DNA of 57,379 bases, filler included, from Dugesia japonica (GCA_001938525.1; 5 parts of 5 records of this genome joined end to end with filler, not necessarily neighbours in it); one strand, 5' to 3'; shown: positions 11,220-26,375, counted from the whole stretch's first letter. Made by a program: numbers and translations. The notes: generated from the sequence alone by a model not told the origin.

Positions 11220-12599
11220 ATTTAGACCCTTTACATTTAACCATGGCAAATTAGTTATTTTTAAAACGGTTATCAAATAATTGAAATTTGCTTTTACCAT
11301 TTATTAATCAAATTACTTTAAATTTTATTTCAACCTTGACAAATTAGGCATCATTCAAACAGTAATGAGATGATGAACATTTATAATTTGTTTAACACAA
11401 CCTCCTGACTTACTCTCACAATTAATTATAAAAAACTCTGTAGATCCTTTAATTTCTTTTAACCGAGACAAATTAAATATTGATCAAACCGCAATGAATT
11501 GACAGATATTTCTAGTATGTTTACGTAACCGCATGATGGACGTGATTATTATATCTATTAAATAATTTATGAATTTAATTAAATTATTATCTTCCGTTCA
11601 GATTTCTCTTCCTGATATTTAATCTGGTATTTGTTTCTTTACTTGATCTCAATACTTTACCAGCTTGTCATTTTTCTTCTTCTTGAATTTTTCAATGGCT
11701 TTTTCTCTATATATTTTCGTTATACTTTTTAATTATTAGTTGCGTTCTACTCCAACGCTTCAAATAATACTGAATGCAATTTTAGCGATCTTGATGATAA
11801 TGCTAATAGTTTGATGATAATAATGATGATTTCAGAATAATTTTGATAATAAGTATTACTTTCACTATTATTTTAATCTCGCATCCTGGCGAGTTAGAAT
11901 ATATCCTCATAATATCTAATTATCAGAAATAAGTTTGAATAACTAAAGTAATAGCAAGTAATTTTTTCTCGAGGATCAACAAAATGGTGTAATAATAATG
12001 TGTAGGTATTTCAAATACTGGAAATCAAAGGTTACAAAACATTTAATACTACCAGTGTAATGTGGAAATAATTTTTTCATAAAATTTGGTATTTTGGTTT
12101 AAATTTGTTTTGCCCAATTTTATCGTACTGCTTGGTATCGTTGGACTCAGAACTAAAAGTTACCTATAGATTACTTGAAGGACTACTAGGGAAAAATGCT
12201 TCGTTCAGGTGATAATTTGTAATTATATTATTGATTATAAATTATAATTATAAATAATAATTTTTTAAATAATTTGGATTAAATAATAAGGATTGTGTGC
12301 TCTGGAACACCTGAATTTTGGTTTATGATTTCTTTGGTTAAAACTGATTGTATGTTCTTGGATTTGATATACATTATCTAAACGACTAGTACCGAAAAAT
12401 GCATCCTCATAGTTTGATTTAATTGTTTGCTTATAATTTCACGAATTAATGTAATTGAATTTTGAAATTACACGTTTAATTTATATTTATATGATCATGA
12501 ATTTTAATCAGATTTAATAATACAGATGTTGTTTACTTTTAAAAGAACAGTTAAAATTTTACTAATTTCAAAATTAAAGCTATTTAAACCGAAAAACTT

Positions 12600-13030
12600 T
12601 AAATAATTAAACTTCCATTGATAAACTAACAAAACGTTACATTGATAAAGAACTTAAACAATTATTTAACAAAATATAGAAGCGATAACGAGTTTGAAAA
12701 CGTTCTTGATCTTGTAAATGAACTAGCTAATAAATTGAACGTAAAACCGCCTTTTCTGTTATTGGTGAGAAGAGAACAAATCGAAAACCCCAAATTTTCA
12801 ATTATGAAAGCATCTACCAATCTTGGATCCGAAAACGCATTTTAGAATTAATTTTAATTTTTGCATTTTGGATCAAGCATTAACATTTATTTTTGAAAGA
12901 TTGGAAACATTTCGGAGATACAATGGTGTTTGAATTTATTTACAATATTAGAGAACAATCAGATGAGTCATTTCTGCAAAACTGAAAAGATTTATGTTTG
13001 AAACTTTCAGACGAACAAATAAGTGAATTT
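12600..13030 (+). pseudogene. hAT transposase fragment (ZMYM1-like type)
   Basis: YRSDNEFENVL..ELA..L.V...F followed by FRINYF..ILDQAL..I.ER pattern across frameshifts. Confidence 0.6.
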
Positions 13031-13079
13031 GACATTCACCCTTGATTATTACAATCTTCTGTCTGATGGTAGTATTACT

Positions 13080-14060
13080 ACTCCAGGTTAATATATGTCA
13101 ACTGTGAAATGGATTCATATATAAGTGCGCATTAATTAATTCACCAGGTTTCTTTTGGATTAAGGTGTCCAGAAAATGAATCTGAAAGTTGATTGACTTC
13201 TCTAAAGTGAATTTGATGTTATCATTAATATTATTGGCTAGTTCCAAAATATTCTCTAAAGGAAAATTAGTAAATATCGTCTATATATCTAAACTATAGA
13301 TGTATTTTTTTCTTAGCTTTGAGAATAATTTTATTTTTAATGAAGTTCATAAAAATTATCGATAAAATAGTAGAAAAATTGTTACCTATTGCAAGACCAC
13401 TTTTTTGCATAAAAATTTGTTCACGGATAAAAATGCTGTCAGAGAACAGACATAAATTAAAATCATTTTTGGTGATTTCTAGAGTATCTTTACGTTCTTT
13501 ATATCTTTCAAAGAAATCACTTACAATATCGATGACATTTGCAGCTCATTCATTGTGAATTGATCCATATAGATATGTTACATCCAATGAACCAAATTGA
13601 TCATCGTTCGTTCAGTCATCATTTTTAATTTGTTCAACATACTCGTAACTATTTTTCAAATGTGCTGGAATAAAAATTAATAGTGGTCTCAAATAATCTG
13701 CCATAAATTTGCATAATAAAGTAGATGAAGTATCAGAAGTATTGACAATAGGTCTTCCTTTCATTGTTGTTTTATGATCTTTAGGAACACAGTACATAGA
13801 TGATGGAACTGGCTCATGACATTTTACTGCTAAAAATAAAGATTTTGTTCGGTCTTCATATTTCTTTGCAATTTTAATCAATTCTTCATTAAACTTGTTC
13901 TCTTCAGTAAATGGTAGTCTTCTATGGGGGATGGTTGCATAATTATTCAAATGTTCAGAGAAAAATCTTTGTATGTCTGTTCAGGCAAAGCTACCAATCT
14001 ATTTGTTTTGTCTGTTGCAGTGATGATAATTAATTTCAAATTCTTTATTTCTTTAATAAT
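13080..14060 (-). mobile_element. Penelope-like element reverse transcriptase remnant
   Basis: MYCVPKDHK...GRPIV, PAHLKNS, GSLDVTYLY and QKSGLAIGNNFS motifs typical of PLE RT. Confidence 0.85.
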
Positions 14061-14109
14061 TTTGTTCTCATCAAGAATTTAATATATTTACTAGTTTCCA
14101 TTTCATGAA

Positions 14110-14500
14110 TAAAATTATACGAGATAATAGTGGAAAATTAATCAACTTTGATTAAGACTCATAAACTTATTTAACTCTACATTTTCAAAATTTAAATGTC
14201 TAATCCCGATATTATATCTCTATATAATACTAATCAAGTTGGTGGAGAATTACCGTACTTTGTAGGAAAACAGTATTGATCTAGTTAGTTGAAAACCATT
14301 GGTTGATTTGATTTGCCTGTTCTTAGACCTATTGGTGCGATTAGAATGAAAACAGCACAAAATATAATATCGCACAAAGCAAAAACCTTACCAACACTAA
14401 AAGTAAATGCAATATCTGAATTCATAATTTTATGGATTCTCTTGAAGTATCGAAAATGATGCCGAAAGACAACAATATAAATGAAACACAACTTAGAGAA
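14110..14500 (+). mobile_element. Maverick/Polinton remnant (minor capsid C-terminus plus small QxGG core-like gene)
   Basis: LTLHF.K then QVGGELPYFVGKQ...KTIG.F.LP.LR.IG...MKTAQ; homologous to 24923-25330. Confidence 0.6.
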
Positions 14501-14559
14501 ACTAGAATACAATATAAACATTCAAGTATAAGCAAGCGAATAATTGGCTATATAACTAT

Positions 14560-17100
14560 ATTTGAAAAATGATCTGTGAAAAAACTGAATTTTATTCAGT
14601 TCTAAATTCTTTTGATAAAAGAATTCTTGTATTTTGTTCATTCTGCACATCACATCAGATATCATTTACTTTCATAAACATGTTGGGGTTTCCAACACTG
14701 AAGCTCGCTAAATTACAAAACTATTCTAACTTTAAATTAAATCTGCTCATTGCTCAAGTAAAGGTCCGTCTAAAACTTTTAACCAAACTTTTTAAATATC
14801 TACAATTGTTTAAATAGTATTATACACGCATGTACAATCTACTCTTCACGTAATAACCAATAAAAATTTTTATCAAATAAAATTCCATCAATAATGGAAA
14901 TTATAAATTCAAAGATCCAATAATAATAAGCTGGTTACACTGATCTCTCATTGGTCGCATACTAATTTCTTAATTTTCAATCCTACAGTCAGGTACGTGT
15001 TTGAACCCCTCAAACTTTATAATAACTCGAATTGTTAATAACATTTGTCTATAACCTCCCATAAACTAACGGGATGCCTTATTTTATTAATTCTGTAAAG
15101 TTTGGTCACTCCAATACAGTTTTTTTCGCATAGCCACAAAATCATCCATGAGAATGACTTCTCGTTCTTTTAGAAAGCTTTGCGGTTCTGTTATAATTAA
15201 TCCAACTTAAGTTTCTTTAAAATTTCGACATCTTTATTTTACATTGACCCTTGTTTGTGTTATTTCGCAACTTTGTCACGATAGCAATTTATATTTAGTA
15301 GTTTTTATAAACATTACATTTTAATTGATATCCCTATTTACACTATGTACATAATAATAGTTTTGAAGTCTAATATAATATGTTTAATAATCGTTTTGAG
15401 CATGATTAACTCTTACTTTTAATTTTTATATAATTTTATAAAGTTATCATTTTGTTTAAATTTTTATTACCTAACCCTTATCAATACTATATCTCATTAT
15501 TATACCTCTTTAATTGATCTATGAACATCTTTATGTTCATAGTTATTAATATTATTTAATATTTTATATATAATTAATATTTTTACTTAATTAATTCTTT
15601 GCAAAAATATAAAATATTAAATTTTATTTTTCAATGATTTTCTTATTGTTTACTTCATGTAAACTAAAAAGAGCTTTTTGTTTATTCAGTGATTAGATGA
15701 TTGATGGTTGTTTCTATTCATTTAATGTTCTTTATCGAATATCGATAACTACTGAGACCCCATTGTTTACTCATGTTAAACCGGCTAATAATTAGTTCAT
15801 TTCTCAAAAGGTATAAATAGCTATTCATTTTTATTACTCACTTTGACGGGCGCCAGCTCGTCGATTTTCAGGTAACTTCCAATTTTATTAAATATCTTTT
15901 CATTATTATTGTTAATTTGCTCTAATTAATATTACAAATATTTTTCCAAAAATTCTACCCAAAAGTTTGCCATCATCATCACTTTAATAATCATTAGATT
16001 ACACACACCTTTGCAACTTCACCGTTGATACATTCATATTTCTATTATTTCTAATTCATCAAACTATTCAAACACCAACTAGGCAATTGCAACATTTTTC
16101 CACAAACACTGTAATTTTACTAATTTTATTATTCTTTCATAATTTTATTATTATTCTAATAATTTTTGATCAAACGTTTAATAGCGAGTTTGTTGTGTTT
16201 TTAATTTTATTGAGAAAAAACTTAATGATTGTTTACCAAATTTATTTTCTTTGGCCAAAAGTATTGCTCCCATTATGATTCCGGAGCAATCTGTTGTCAA
16301 AATGAAATCTCTGTTTGTGTCAGAGTATCCAACAGTGTTGATTTCGATAAGCTGTTCTTAGCATTTTTGAAAGCTTCTATTGTTTTACTTGTCCAATTGA
16401 TTTTCACGTTATTTTTGATTATGTTGAGGTCATTTACTAGAGCTTAAATTTTACTACATTTTGTTATCTACGAATGGTAGTAATTTACTCTGCCTAAAAA
16501 GCTTTTGAGCTCCTTTAATGTTTTCAGCAGTTCGTACATCTTTATGTTGTTTACTTTGTTTTCAATTGGTTTAGTTCCCAAATGATTAATTGTGTGCCAT
16601 AGGAATTTAACTTTTTTTAGGAATTCTTTTTATTTAGTTTCAAATTATTATTGTCTTCATCTTTTGCGAGTGAAATAATTTGGTCTGGAATCTTGTTCAG
16701 AACGTTGTTTCGGAATCCTTGATCCCCGACAATGTAAATATTCGCTTCACAAAATCAAGTCATTCTCTAGGGTGCCATTTTCATCATTAAAATAATTTTG
16801 AATACTTATTTTGGAGTTAAAACTAAATTTATGTTTGACTCTTCTTTTCGTTATTCATTGAATTCATTTTTTTGTTAAAGTATTAGGCTTTTTATTTCAA
16901 AAAAGAGATTTATATGGCTTATTGTGTTTATCCAAAAAGGTTTTGTTGAACCTTTATTGTTCTATCATAACAATGCTAAAAATTCATAAATTGAAGAGAA
17001 ATGTAGTATTTTAGGTGTTTTAAGTTAGGTTTATTGTAACCTTTTTCCTTCTGACATCAAATTATGTTATGATAGTGATAATCGCCTTACTTAAATGTTC
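14560..17100 (-). mobile_element. Highly decayed Gypsy pol (RT thumb, RNase H, integrase), interrupted
   Basis: KVKFL.H.I...G.KP...KELKSFLGRVNYY (~16480-16620); FILTTDCSG..MGAIL (~16260-16320). Confidence 0.6.
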
Positions 17101-20100
17101 TTAAAACATATTTACACGACACATGATTATCTTATTGGGCTCCTGATCTAATTATTCTATTATTTATTTATTATTTTATTTAATATAAAACTTTATTATT
17201 ATTTATATTTATCTTATTTGTTCATTTTATTTAAGAAAAAGAAATTCTGTAGAACCCGGCAACATCTCCTTGATCAATATTGGGACAGCCGGGGCGTATG
17301 TTATATATAAATGTGCATACTTAGTCAATTTTTACGTGTCGACAAAAATAATAAATAATTAAAAAAAATTAAAAACAATATCAACCAACAAATTTTACAA
17401 ATTTTATTAACAATAAAAACTTTATATACATTATCTTAGGATATTCTTGAATATTCATAAATAAAGCAACAATTGAATGAATTCGTTTGATGGTTATTAA
17501 ATTTTCGCTTCTTTACTTCGAATAAAACTTTTAATTTCCAAGTATATTTTTATTTTATCGTCGCCGAGTTAGAATGTTATGTAAGTATACATATGTGTGT
17601 ATTTTTGACTAAATTTAAATTTCTTCACTTTTGGGCAGTTTTCAAATTTGATTTATATGTTTATATGTTTTATTTTTCTTACGTTGGCAAACAGCATTCG
17701 ATAACCCAACTGGACAATTAATGGTTCAAGCATCAAAAGTATTAACTGGTATGATTAAATTCAAAAGCAACTTATAGCAGGAAATTAACAAACAGAATAA
17801 TCGGTTTTTTTTCGTGGAAGAAAAACTGGTCCTGTGTGGTTAAAATTTAATCATTCCAAGCAGTGAGCTGTTAACTAACTTAGCCGAAAACGCGGCTTTT
17901 GCTGAAGAATAAACTCTGATATCGGAATCTGAATTTTATTGCATGATTTTATTTTGTTATATTGATGTTTGTCATTTATATATCATTTATATATCAATTT
18001 ATATATGCTATATTTTTTTAGTAATTTCAATGTTTATTATTTGAGTATCGTGTTTTGTTATTCGTAAGTTATATCAGAGTTACGAGTGGTTTATTATTAT
18101 AAATAAGAGTTACTTTTAAGTATTATATGGAATCCGTGTAACAATAGTGTGGTAAACTTGTGCAATGGAGAGCAGAATACAAATGGGAATAAATTTGCAA
18201 GTAAATAATATGTAGACGATGGGGCAGAATAATAAGGAAGTGGACCAAAAAATATATTAATTTTAGAATTTAGCATTTTAGTGTATATCATTAGAGATAT
18301 ACACTAATTATCATTAGAGAAGTGCTTATAATTACATTTTTTTTATTTAAGTGTCAACAAACGAAAATAGGAACAAAAAGGTTTGAGTATCTTTGATTGA
18401 TACAGTACCTGGTGTGCACAAATTTTGTGATTTTTAGATTCATCCCCTAGCGAACAAAAATGAATGACGGAAAAGTAGAAAAGACGAGTTAAGTAGAAAG
18501 TCAAAAGCCTAGAAGACCAATAAATGAACCCAAGCAATATGAAAAGGATAATATTATGCACATTTTACTACAGGCTAAGACTCATCAGAACCAAAATCAA
18601 CACATTCATAAACGAAAGAAATAAAATTGCAGGGTCAAAGCATAGTACTTGTTTGAGCCAATAACACCCATAACAACAACAATTATATATGACGAAAGTA
18701 ACCCCGTGTCCATTTAATTNNNNNNNNNNNNNNNNNNNNNNNNNNNNNNNNNNNNNNNNNNNNNNNNNNTTATTAAAATAGAAATGATCGACCATTAAAA
18801 TAATGGTACTTTAAACCCTACTTTTTCGGTAATGTCGCCATAACTTTAATTTTTACTTAACTTTAGAAGTGTTTTCTAGTATGTCTTTTCAATTTGTAGC
18901 ATTCATTTGTTTAATTTATCTTCATAATTATCCTTGTAAATCAATTAGCCTTTCTTCTTAAATTATTTTCAAAATACAAAAGGGAATATTCATATATTAC
19001 GAACACATTCAGAGGGAGAGGAAATGGTTAAGTTTAGTAGATTTTGCGTACTGAGAGAGATAGAGTTTCGACTGAATTGGTAAGTATGCTTAAATTTATA
19101 TATAACATATGTAACAAAACAGGGTGATATTAAAGTCTTCAGACTATTTTAAAAATTTAATTTAATATGTTCTGCAATTCGAAGAGCCACAGTACATCAC
19201 CTTATTGAGAAAAAATGTTCGTGACATTTCAAATAAAACTTTCCTGATCACTACATAGGAAGAGATGGTCAATTTGGTGGCATTCTCGTTCTTACAATAT
19301 AACACCCATTGGTTTTTTCTTGTGGAATAACATGAAAAATGATGTATCGGACCAAGGTTAAGAATATAAATGATCTGAAATAAAGGCACCATAGAAGAAA
19401 TTATGCTAAGAAAAATATGGACGTAAATCGAGTATCGTTTGGATATCCAACTAATGGAGAATACATAGAAATAAAACTTGATATAATTTAAATGTTTCAA
19501 TAGTTTCCTGTTTCATTTGTAACTTTTCAAGTTGTCTGTAGACTGGTAAAGCTCGGTTTTATGATGAGTAGGGCCCGTAAAAATAAGGTTAAGTTAAAAG
19601 AAATCATCTAAAAGTAGAGAGAAAATACGGTAATTAATTTTGAACACGTCGGTGAAATGGAAATACAAGTTTTTTAACCATAAAAATACAGATATAATGA
19701 TTAAATTTCCATTTCTTGAAATTACTAAAGTATTTTTCCATTGAGTGTTCAAAACAATTAACTTTGAAGGTTCTATTTCGTTAATAAATTTCAGTATTTA
19801 AAATTTCGGTATTTAAAAACTATAAATATTAAAAGAAATATCTAGTTTCGTCACCTAAAAATTTGTAGGTTGAGGTAGAGAACTATGGTAAAGTAATTTA
19901 TACATACCTATAGGGACGTCAAGAATGGACGATGGAACCCGGAGGGTAAGCAAATTATTTTTTGTGTACTTTTTTTTTGTGTATTTAATTGAGTACGGCA
20001 CGTAAAATTCAGGTTAAATTAAAAGAAATCATCTAAAAAATATATGGGCCAAAAAATAATTTTCTGAACATTACCGCTAATAATTATGTAATAATGGAAA

Positions 20101-21783
20101 TTTAGTCATATGCTTAACAAAAATGCATAAATAATTTTATAATAATTATGACATATTTTAACAAATAATTATTATTTTTACAATTTAGATCCTATTATAT
20201 TTCAGATTTAAAAAATATTTCAATGCTCATATATGCTTATACCTTAGCATCATATTTTACATTGAATCACAAGCCAAGAAATCGCAAACTGTGGCCCAGA
20301 TTTGGTTCGTGGATCGAGCAGATATGAATGCCCCAATAATTACACAATTGATTCCATTTTTAATAAATTAACTCAGTGTTTATCAACAAAAACTCATTGC
20401 GGACCACTAAACTATAAAATATTTTTAATGCGGACCACCGACTGAGAAACAGTTCTCTATAACAGACTTTCTCAACCAGAAACGAACCGCTGATCAGTAA
20501 ACTGTAAAACGTTCTAACGCAGACTACTAATGATGTGTGTAATTAGTAGTGTTATTCTACAGGGTTTTTCATTATATTTCAATCTTCAAAATAGTTAGCT
20601 ATGTTTTATAGCTATATTGTATAATTGTGTAAAATACAAAATACATTTCAAAATCAAGTGAAATATAAAGACAAATTTCTGTAAATTTCAGCTACAAATA
20701 CGTTGTTTACGAAAACTAATTTTCGTGCTTCACTGGGTAGGAACCTTCTCCTCAGGCGAAGAAATACTTTAGAATTTGACAATTCAAAGAAACATCATTA
20801 GAACTTACAATTCAGTAAGCATTTTTTTAGTTAATAAAATTTATGTACGGAAGGTTATAATTAAGCTACTAAAATCATTCATTTTAATTGCGAAAAAAGT
20901 ACTTAAAATATAAATTTTTTACATAAAAATCAACTAGAAAAACACAATAGTAATAAATATTTAAATGCAATAACGTCTTTAGTTAAACTTTCTGGTTTGT
21001 TATCAAAAGTATAATAATTAAATATTTTCGCGGACCACTAAAATTTTTCTACGGACACCTTATGGTCCAGGGACCACCGTTTGAGACTGACATTTAATTT
21101 TGACCCTTGCTAAATATTAAAATTTATTAAATCATAACGGATCGATCCTTGAGTTTAAATTGTAATCCAAAAATCTCGCCAGAATTGAATATTTTTATAA
21201 AGGGGTTGTAATATATCAGTGAATTAGCGTGCCTAACTGAAGCCCTAACGATAAAAAAAACTAATAAATTTGGAAGGAGAAAAATCTTGTTTGCCTAGAA
21301 ATCCATTTGGCGCCTGTGGAATGTTAGAGCCCCTACGTCTCGCTACACCACTGTATCCTACACCCCTTAGGGTCTTATCACTATTAGTATTTCAGTAAGC
21401 ACACAACTACACAATTAAAAAATTCGATTAACGCTTATATTTATCCAAATACAAAAATTTCATTATACAAATACGATTTCCTCTTTCAATATCAACACTT
21501 ACAAACCATTATAAAATATAATCCATTCGGTTTTTTTCCAAACTTTACGCATTACAAAAATAAAAGTAATAATAGAATCGAATTCTATTGGATGTTATTT
21601 ACAATTAATTAATTATTTGTCAAGTATTATATTATATTACAGTATATGAGAAACGAATTGACAAAAGTGACGACAAAAGAGTAATGATCATCTCTTATTA
21701 CAACAAAAATACTCAATGTGTACAAAGATATTTATTTATTTTATTTGGTTAAATCGCAAGTTTATTTTTGTTTAAATATCTAT

Positions 21784-23168
21784 TTACAATTGGAAAGCAG
21801 TTGCACAAGTTTTCATGTCCAATTTCTCACTGGAAATGTCCCCATTTACGAACATGTCTGAAATAAGCGGGGTGAAATTATCAGTTGTTGGAAGCATGCT
21901 CGTTATGAATTTAACACAATCTTCGTGATTGGTAAATCCTAGCATGCTTGATAAAAAGGACAACTCAAGAGAAGGACGGTATCTAACATTGTGATATAAT
22001 ATATTATAAATCAGATTTAATTTAATATGAAAAACATACGCTTTGACGATTGATTTAAATGCTGCTTTGCGTTCTCTTTCTATAAACCAATTAATAATTT
22101 TACTACACAATTTGGGAACCGAATCTGAACAAGCTAATCTGAAAAATCTACAAAAATTATTAGTCGACCAAGCTGCTCGTAATTGTAACGCAAACGAAAG
22201 ACAAGAGTGTTGCTTATGATGTTCTTGAAGTGAGGCTAAAGTTGTACCGATATTTAAGAAATCTCTGGTGAACATATAATAAATCAATCTGTATGCTGTA
22301 AACTCCAAATAATCTGGACATGCAATTCCCTCTTCATACAATAGCTTAATCTGACTTTGGCATTGATTAAACTCCTCATGGTCGTTAGCTTCGAGCGCAA
22401 CAGTCGCATGCACTTTATATACATTCAATGTAAACTCCTCTCTAATACACTGAACTGTGAGATCTTGTCTAATACTCTTGAACTGCTCACAAATGTGTCG
22501 GTAATCAATATGGTCTTCATACCATAGCTTTTTAACATGTTCCAATGAAGACCTTAACACTTCTAACGGGCGTACTTCTGATGGTTCGGGGGCCTTTATT
22601 TAATATATACATGTGTAAATGATACATATAATTATAATAAAAATATTACTCGGGTTAATCGCAAATACTTTTTCTCGAGATCCTGACAAGTTCCAACAAC
22701 TTTTAAATTACTCCACGATTCAGTGCCTAATTCATCACTAACAACAACCACACCACCACCAACCCTATCAATTACATCAAAACTTTCATTTGCTGCCGCA
22801 CTTTTTAACAAATGATCTTTGAACCGGCACGCACGATTAGCCAGTTTTTCAGTGCATAGATTATCTTTGGCGAAATTTTCAATCATATTGTTGTTGTTGT
22901 GGTTAACATTATTATTATTATTATTATGATAATTATTATTAGTATTATTATTAAATTTCGTATTTCCATTAAAGTTGTCATTAAATGATGATACGTTATC
23001 AAATCGAGATTTATTTTTTTTATTAACAATTCGTTTTTTATTTTTACCTTTTTTATTACCAACTGTGATATTTAAAACTCCAGCCATCATAGAAGATGGT
23101 AATTGTTGTTTAACTATTCTCTCTGACTCAAAACTAGAAATGAAATCATTAAATTTCGAATTATTCAT
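21784..23168 (-). CDS. LENG8: SAC3/GANP-domain protein, LENG8/Thp3 homolog; exons 23168-22650, 22593-22040, 21982-21784 (upstream exons possible)
   Basis: VVGTCQDLEKKYLRLT-APEPSEVRP, YRHICEQFKSIRQDLTVQ, DHEEFNQCQSQ, EFTAYR and KAYRP motifs; GT-AG introns of 56 and 57 nt. Confidence 0.9.
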
Positions 23169-23189
23169 TGATCAATATAATAAATACTA

Positions 23190-23773
23190 ATAATTATATT
23201 TCCAGATTCGTACATTATTATTGATTTTAAATTAATTAATTTCACAAATGAATTTTGAAATGAATCAATCAATATTTAAACAATGTTTCATTTGAATTAT
23301 TTGGAAAAACTTCTTAATTCCTTAATTAAATTAAATGAAACTGGNTAATTATTAAATTTAAAAGAATTCAAATAATTTCAAATTTTTTTTCACCTTTAAA
23401 GCTGTAAAACATTAATAAAACAAGGTTGCAAATAAACTAGAGATATTATTAATAAAATAATACAAGTTTTGATTTCTATCTAATTATTAATTAATTTATT
23501 TCTTTATTTATTTCATTTTTATTATTAATTTATCAAGTTCAATAAAATACTAATAATTACATTTCCAAATTCGTGCATTACTGATTTTAAATTAATTAAT
23601 TCCACAAATATTTGGAATGAATCAATAAATATTTATTTATCTTTTAATTTCATTTTTATCATTGATTTATCAAGTTCAAGATAAATATTTATATCACATT
23701 AAAATTACATTAATATCACATTTCCAGATTCGTACATTATTGATTTTAAATTAATTAATTTCACAAATATTTG
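23190..23773. repeat. Three dispersed tandem copies of a ~60+ bp AT-rich unit
   Basis: tttccagattcgtacatta...gattttaaattaattaatttcacaaat at ~23198, ~23561 and ~23720. Confidence 0.7.
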
Positions 23774-24099
23774 NNNNNNNNNNNNNNNNNNNNNNNNNNN
23801 NNNNNNNNNNNNNNNNNTTAATTAATTAANNNNNNNNNNNNNNNNNNNNNNNNNNNNNNNNNNNNNNNNNNNNGTGGAAAATAATTATTTATTTTATTTT
23901 TGAAAATATCATTAAATGTAACGTGTGATGCGTTTATATACTAATTGAATACACAATTTAATTTAATTAATACGATAAAACAAAAATATATTTCGTAACA
24001 ATTCTTAATAATTTAAATGAAAATTTTAATTAATCTATAAATCAAATTAATTAAAAATTCTTTATTCTGTACTCGCCGTTTATTGATATAGTTAATGAT

Positions 24100-25330
24100 G
24101 TAACATTAAAATTATCCAAAAGTGAGCTTCGTATTTTATAGCTTCCTTTATCGTTTGCCATCTTAAAATGCAACTAGATTAAAGTTTTGCAATCGACGAT
24201 CTCCAAAGATTTGCTCCGTATAAAACGATGNACTGTCTTTACTAATTGCATATGATACAATTTCCTTGGTTTTTATAGGATAAATAGCATTTTGTTTTGT
24301 TAATCCAATCTACTCGAACTCTTCTTACTATTAGTTTTGCATCCAATAATTTATATTTTGGTTCATCAATTTGAGATTCTGGATTTATTCTGGGGTTTGC
24401 TCTTTTCAATCAAATGTGAGCCTTAACACCTGGAATAAGATACTTTGTTTGATCCATAAAATCTATTTNNNNNNNNNNNNNNNNNNNNNNNNNNNNNNNN
24501 NNNNNNNNNNNNNNNNNNNNNNNNNNNNNNNNNNNNNNNNNNNNNNNNNNNNNNNATACATCCTTTGTATCTCTATTATAATTCAAAATAGTTTTAATTA
24601 ATGCTTTGGGAATATAAGTTTTATTTCCACCTTCAACTTTAATATTATTTAATTGAAGAATCAAATCTTTGAATAGAGTATGCAACATGTAATTACCAGG
24701 TATTACACCAGACTTTGGTTTCAAATCCTTTTCATTCTTGTCCACTACCTTTTCTTAAACATACAATAGAGTATCATTCAAATCCAAATATTCAGTTTGT
24801 GATCAATTTTGAAAAAACTCTACATCATTTGTACTTTCAGAAATATTATTCATTGGAAACATCTTCAAATACACCATACTCGATAACACCTTGAGGTGAT
24901 GGTCGATCGAAAATACACATCATTAGTCGAATATGGTTTTACATCTTTTCAATCGTTTGTTTATACCTGTCAAGATAGAACGCTTGCGTTTTATTNNNNN
25001 NNNNNNNNNNNNNNNNNNNNNNNNNNNNNNNNNNNNNNNNNNNNNNNNNNNNNCAGAATCCATAAAGTTGTTAAATTCATTCATTGCATTTGTTTTGAGT
25101 GATGGTAAAATTTTCGTTTTATTATTTATTACGTCCTGTGCTGTTTTCATTCCCATCACACCAATACGTCTAAGAATAGGTAAAGTAAATCGACCAATTG
25201 TTTGAAACCATCCAGATCCAAACTGTTTTCTTACATAGTACGGCAATTCACCACCAGCTTGACTTGTACTATAAAGTTTTTATATATTTTTCGAAAATGT
25301 AGAGTTAAATGAGTTTTTTAAATGAGATAA
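24100..25330 (-). mobile_element. Maverick/Polinton remnant: minor capsid end, small core-like gene, major capsid N-terminus
   Basis: LTLHFRK; QAGGELPYYVRKQFGSGWFQTIGRFTLPIL; YLDLNDTLLYV...PGNYMLHTLFKDL.L.LN...TY..KALIKTILNY. Confidence 0.7.
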
Positions 25331-25799
25331 GAGTAAATTAATGACAAAACAAAAATTGAATTGAATTAATAACACGTTACTTTGGCCTGCGGCCTATTGT
25401 TGCTTCTTCCACCACTCCTATAATACCAACCAGAGAATAATACCATCTTTCCTAGTCCCTACTACTTCGAAGCTCTACAAGAACTTCCATAGCATTGTTG
25501 GAAACATAAAAATTAGAATTTATTATTCATTATATATGCATAGTTAACTATTTATTATTTATTGCTTGTTCATAGTTAATGGGATAATTATGTTCCTAAA
25601 TATTAATTATTTGATTGATAAAATAAAATATAACTATATAAACTATATTAAAATATAACTATATTAGTTCATAAAAAAATTAATTTACATAAAACGATTC
25701 ACTAAACCCAACAAAATGAACTAGAAAATTCAAGATGTAATTTATTTTCATCAAATCGAGCTCCCAGAAACAATTCCTTGAAAAAATTAATGACTTTTG

Positions 25800-26375
25800 C
25801 ATATCATTTCTCTTTTCTCAAAATTCGACTCTCATTTTCTACTCATGTTTCCGTAGTAGTTTACTGGATTTTGAATATGTCTTTGTCGAAAGCTCGGCAT
25901 TTATTTTTTCGCTCAAATTCCTGAAATAATTTACTACAGTTTACAGATGATTTCCTCGAAAGTTCGTCATACATTTTTTCTATTTAAATCTCTTAAATAA
26001 TTTACCAAAGTTTACAAATGATTTTCTCGAAAATTCGTCATTCACTTTTCCATTTAAATCTCTGATGCTTCACTGAGTGTAATGGGTACTTAAATTATAC
26101 AACAGTTAAAATTTTATAGACATCAATAATAAAAAACCAAAATTTACTTATTATACTTCGTGTTATCCAAAACTTTATAAGAATTTCTCCACTGACAGGA
26201 AATAATTTTTTATGTAGAATTGTAATCACCAAATTAAAGTTTCGTAGTAACAGTTATAACACTGATAAAGATAACAGAATTAAATTGTAGTTCTACACAA
26301 TGATAATGATAACAAAATTAAATTGTAGTTCTCCACAATGATAAAGACAACAAAATTAAAGTGTAGTTCTGATGA
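25800..26375. repeat. Short tandem arrays (~70 bp x3-4 and ~38 bp x3) downstream of the Gypsy element
   Basis: tcgaaa.(c/t)tcg.cat at ~25886, 25956 and 26027; tgataa.ga.aaca.aattaaa.tgtagttc x3. Confidence 0.7.

Noticed and set aside
26255-26375. CRISPR-like short repeats
   Set aside because: Contiguous tandem units with no unique spacers, in a eukaryotic context.
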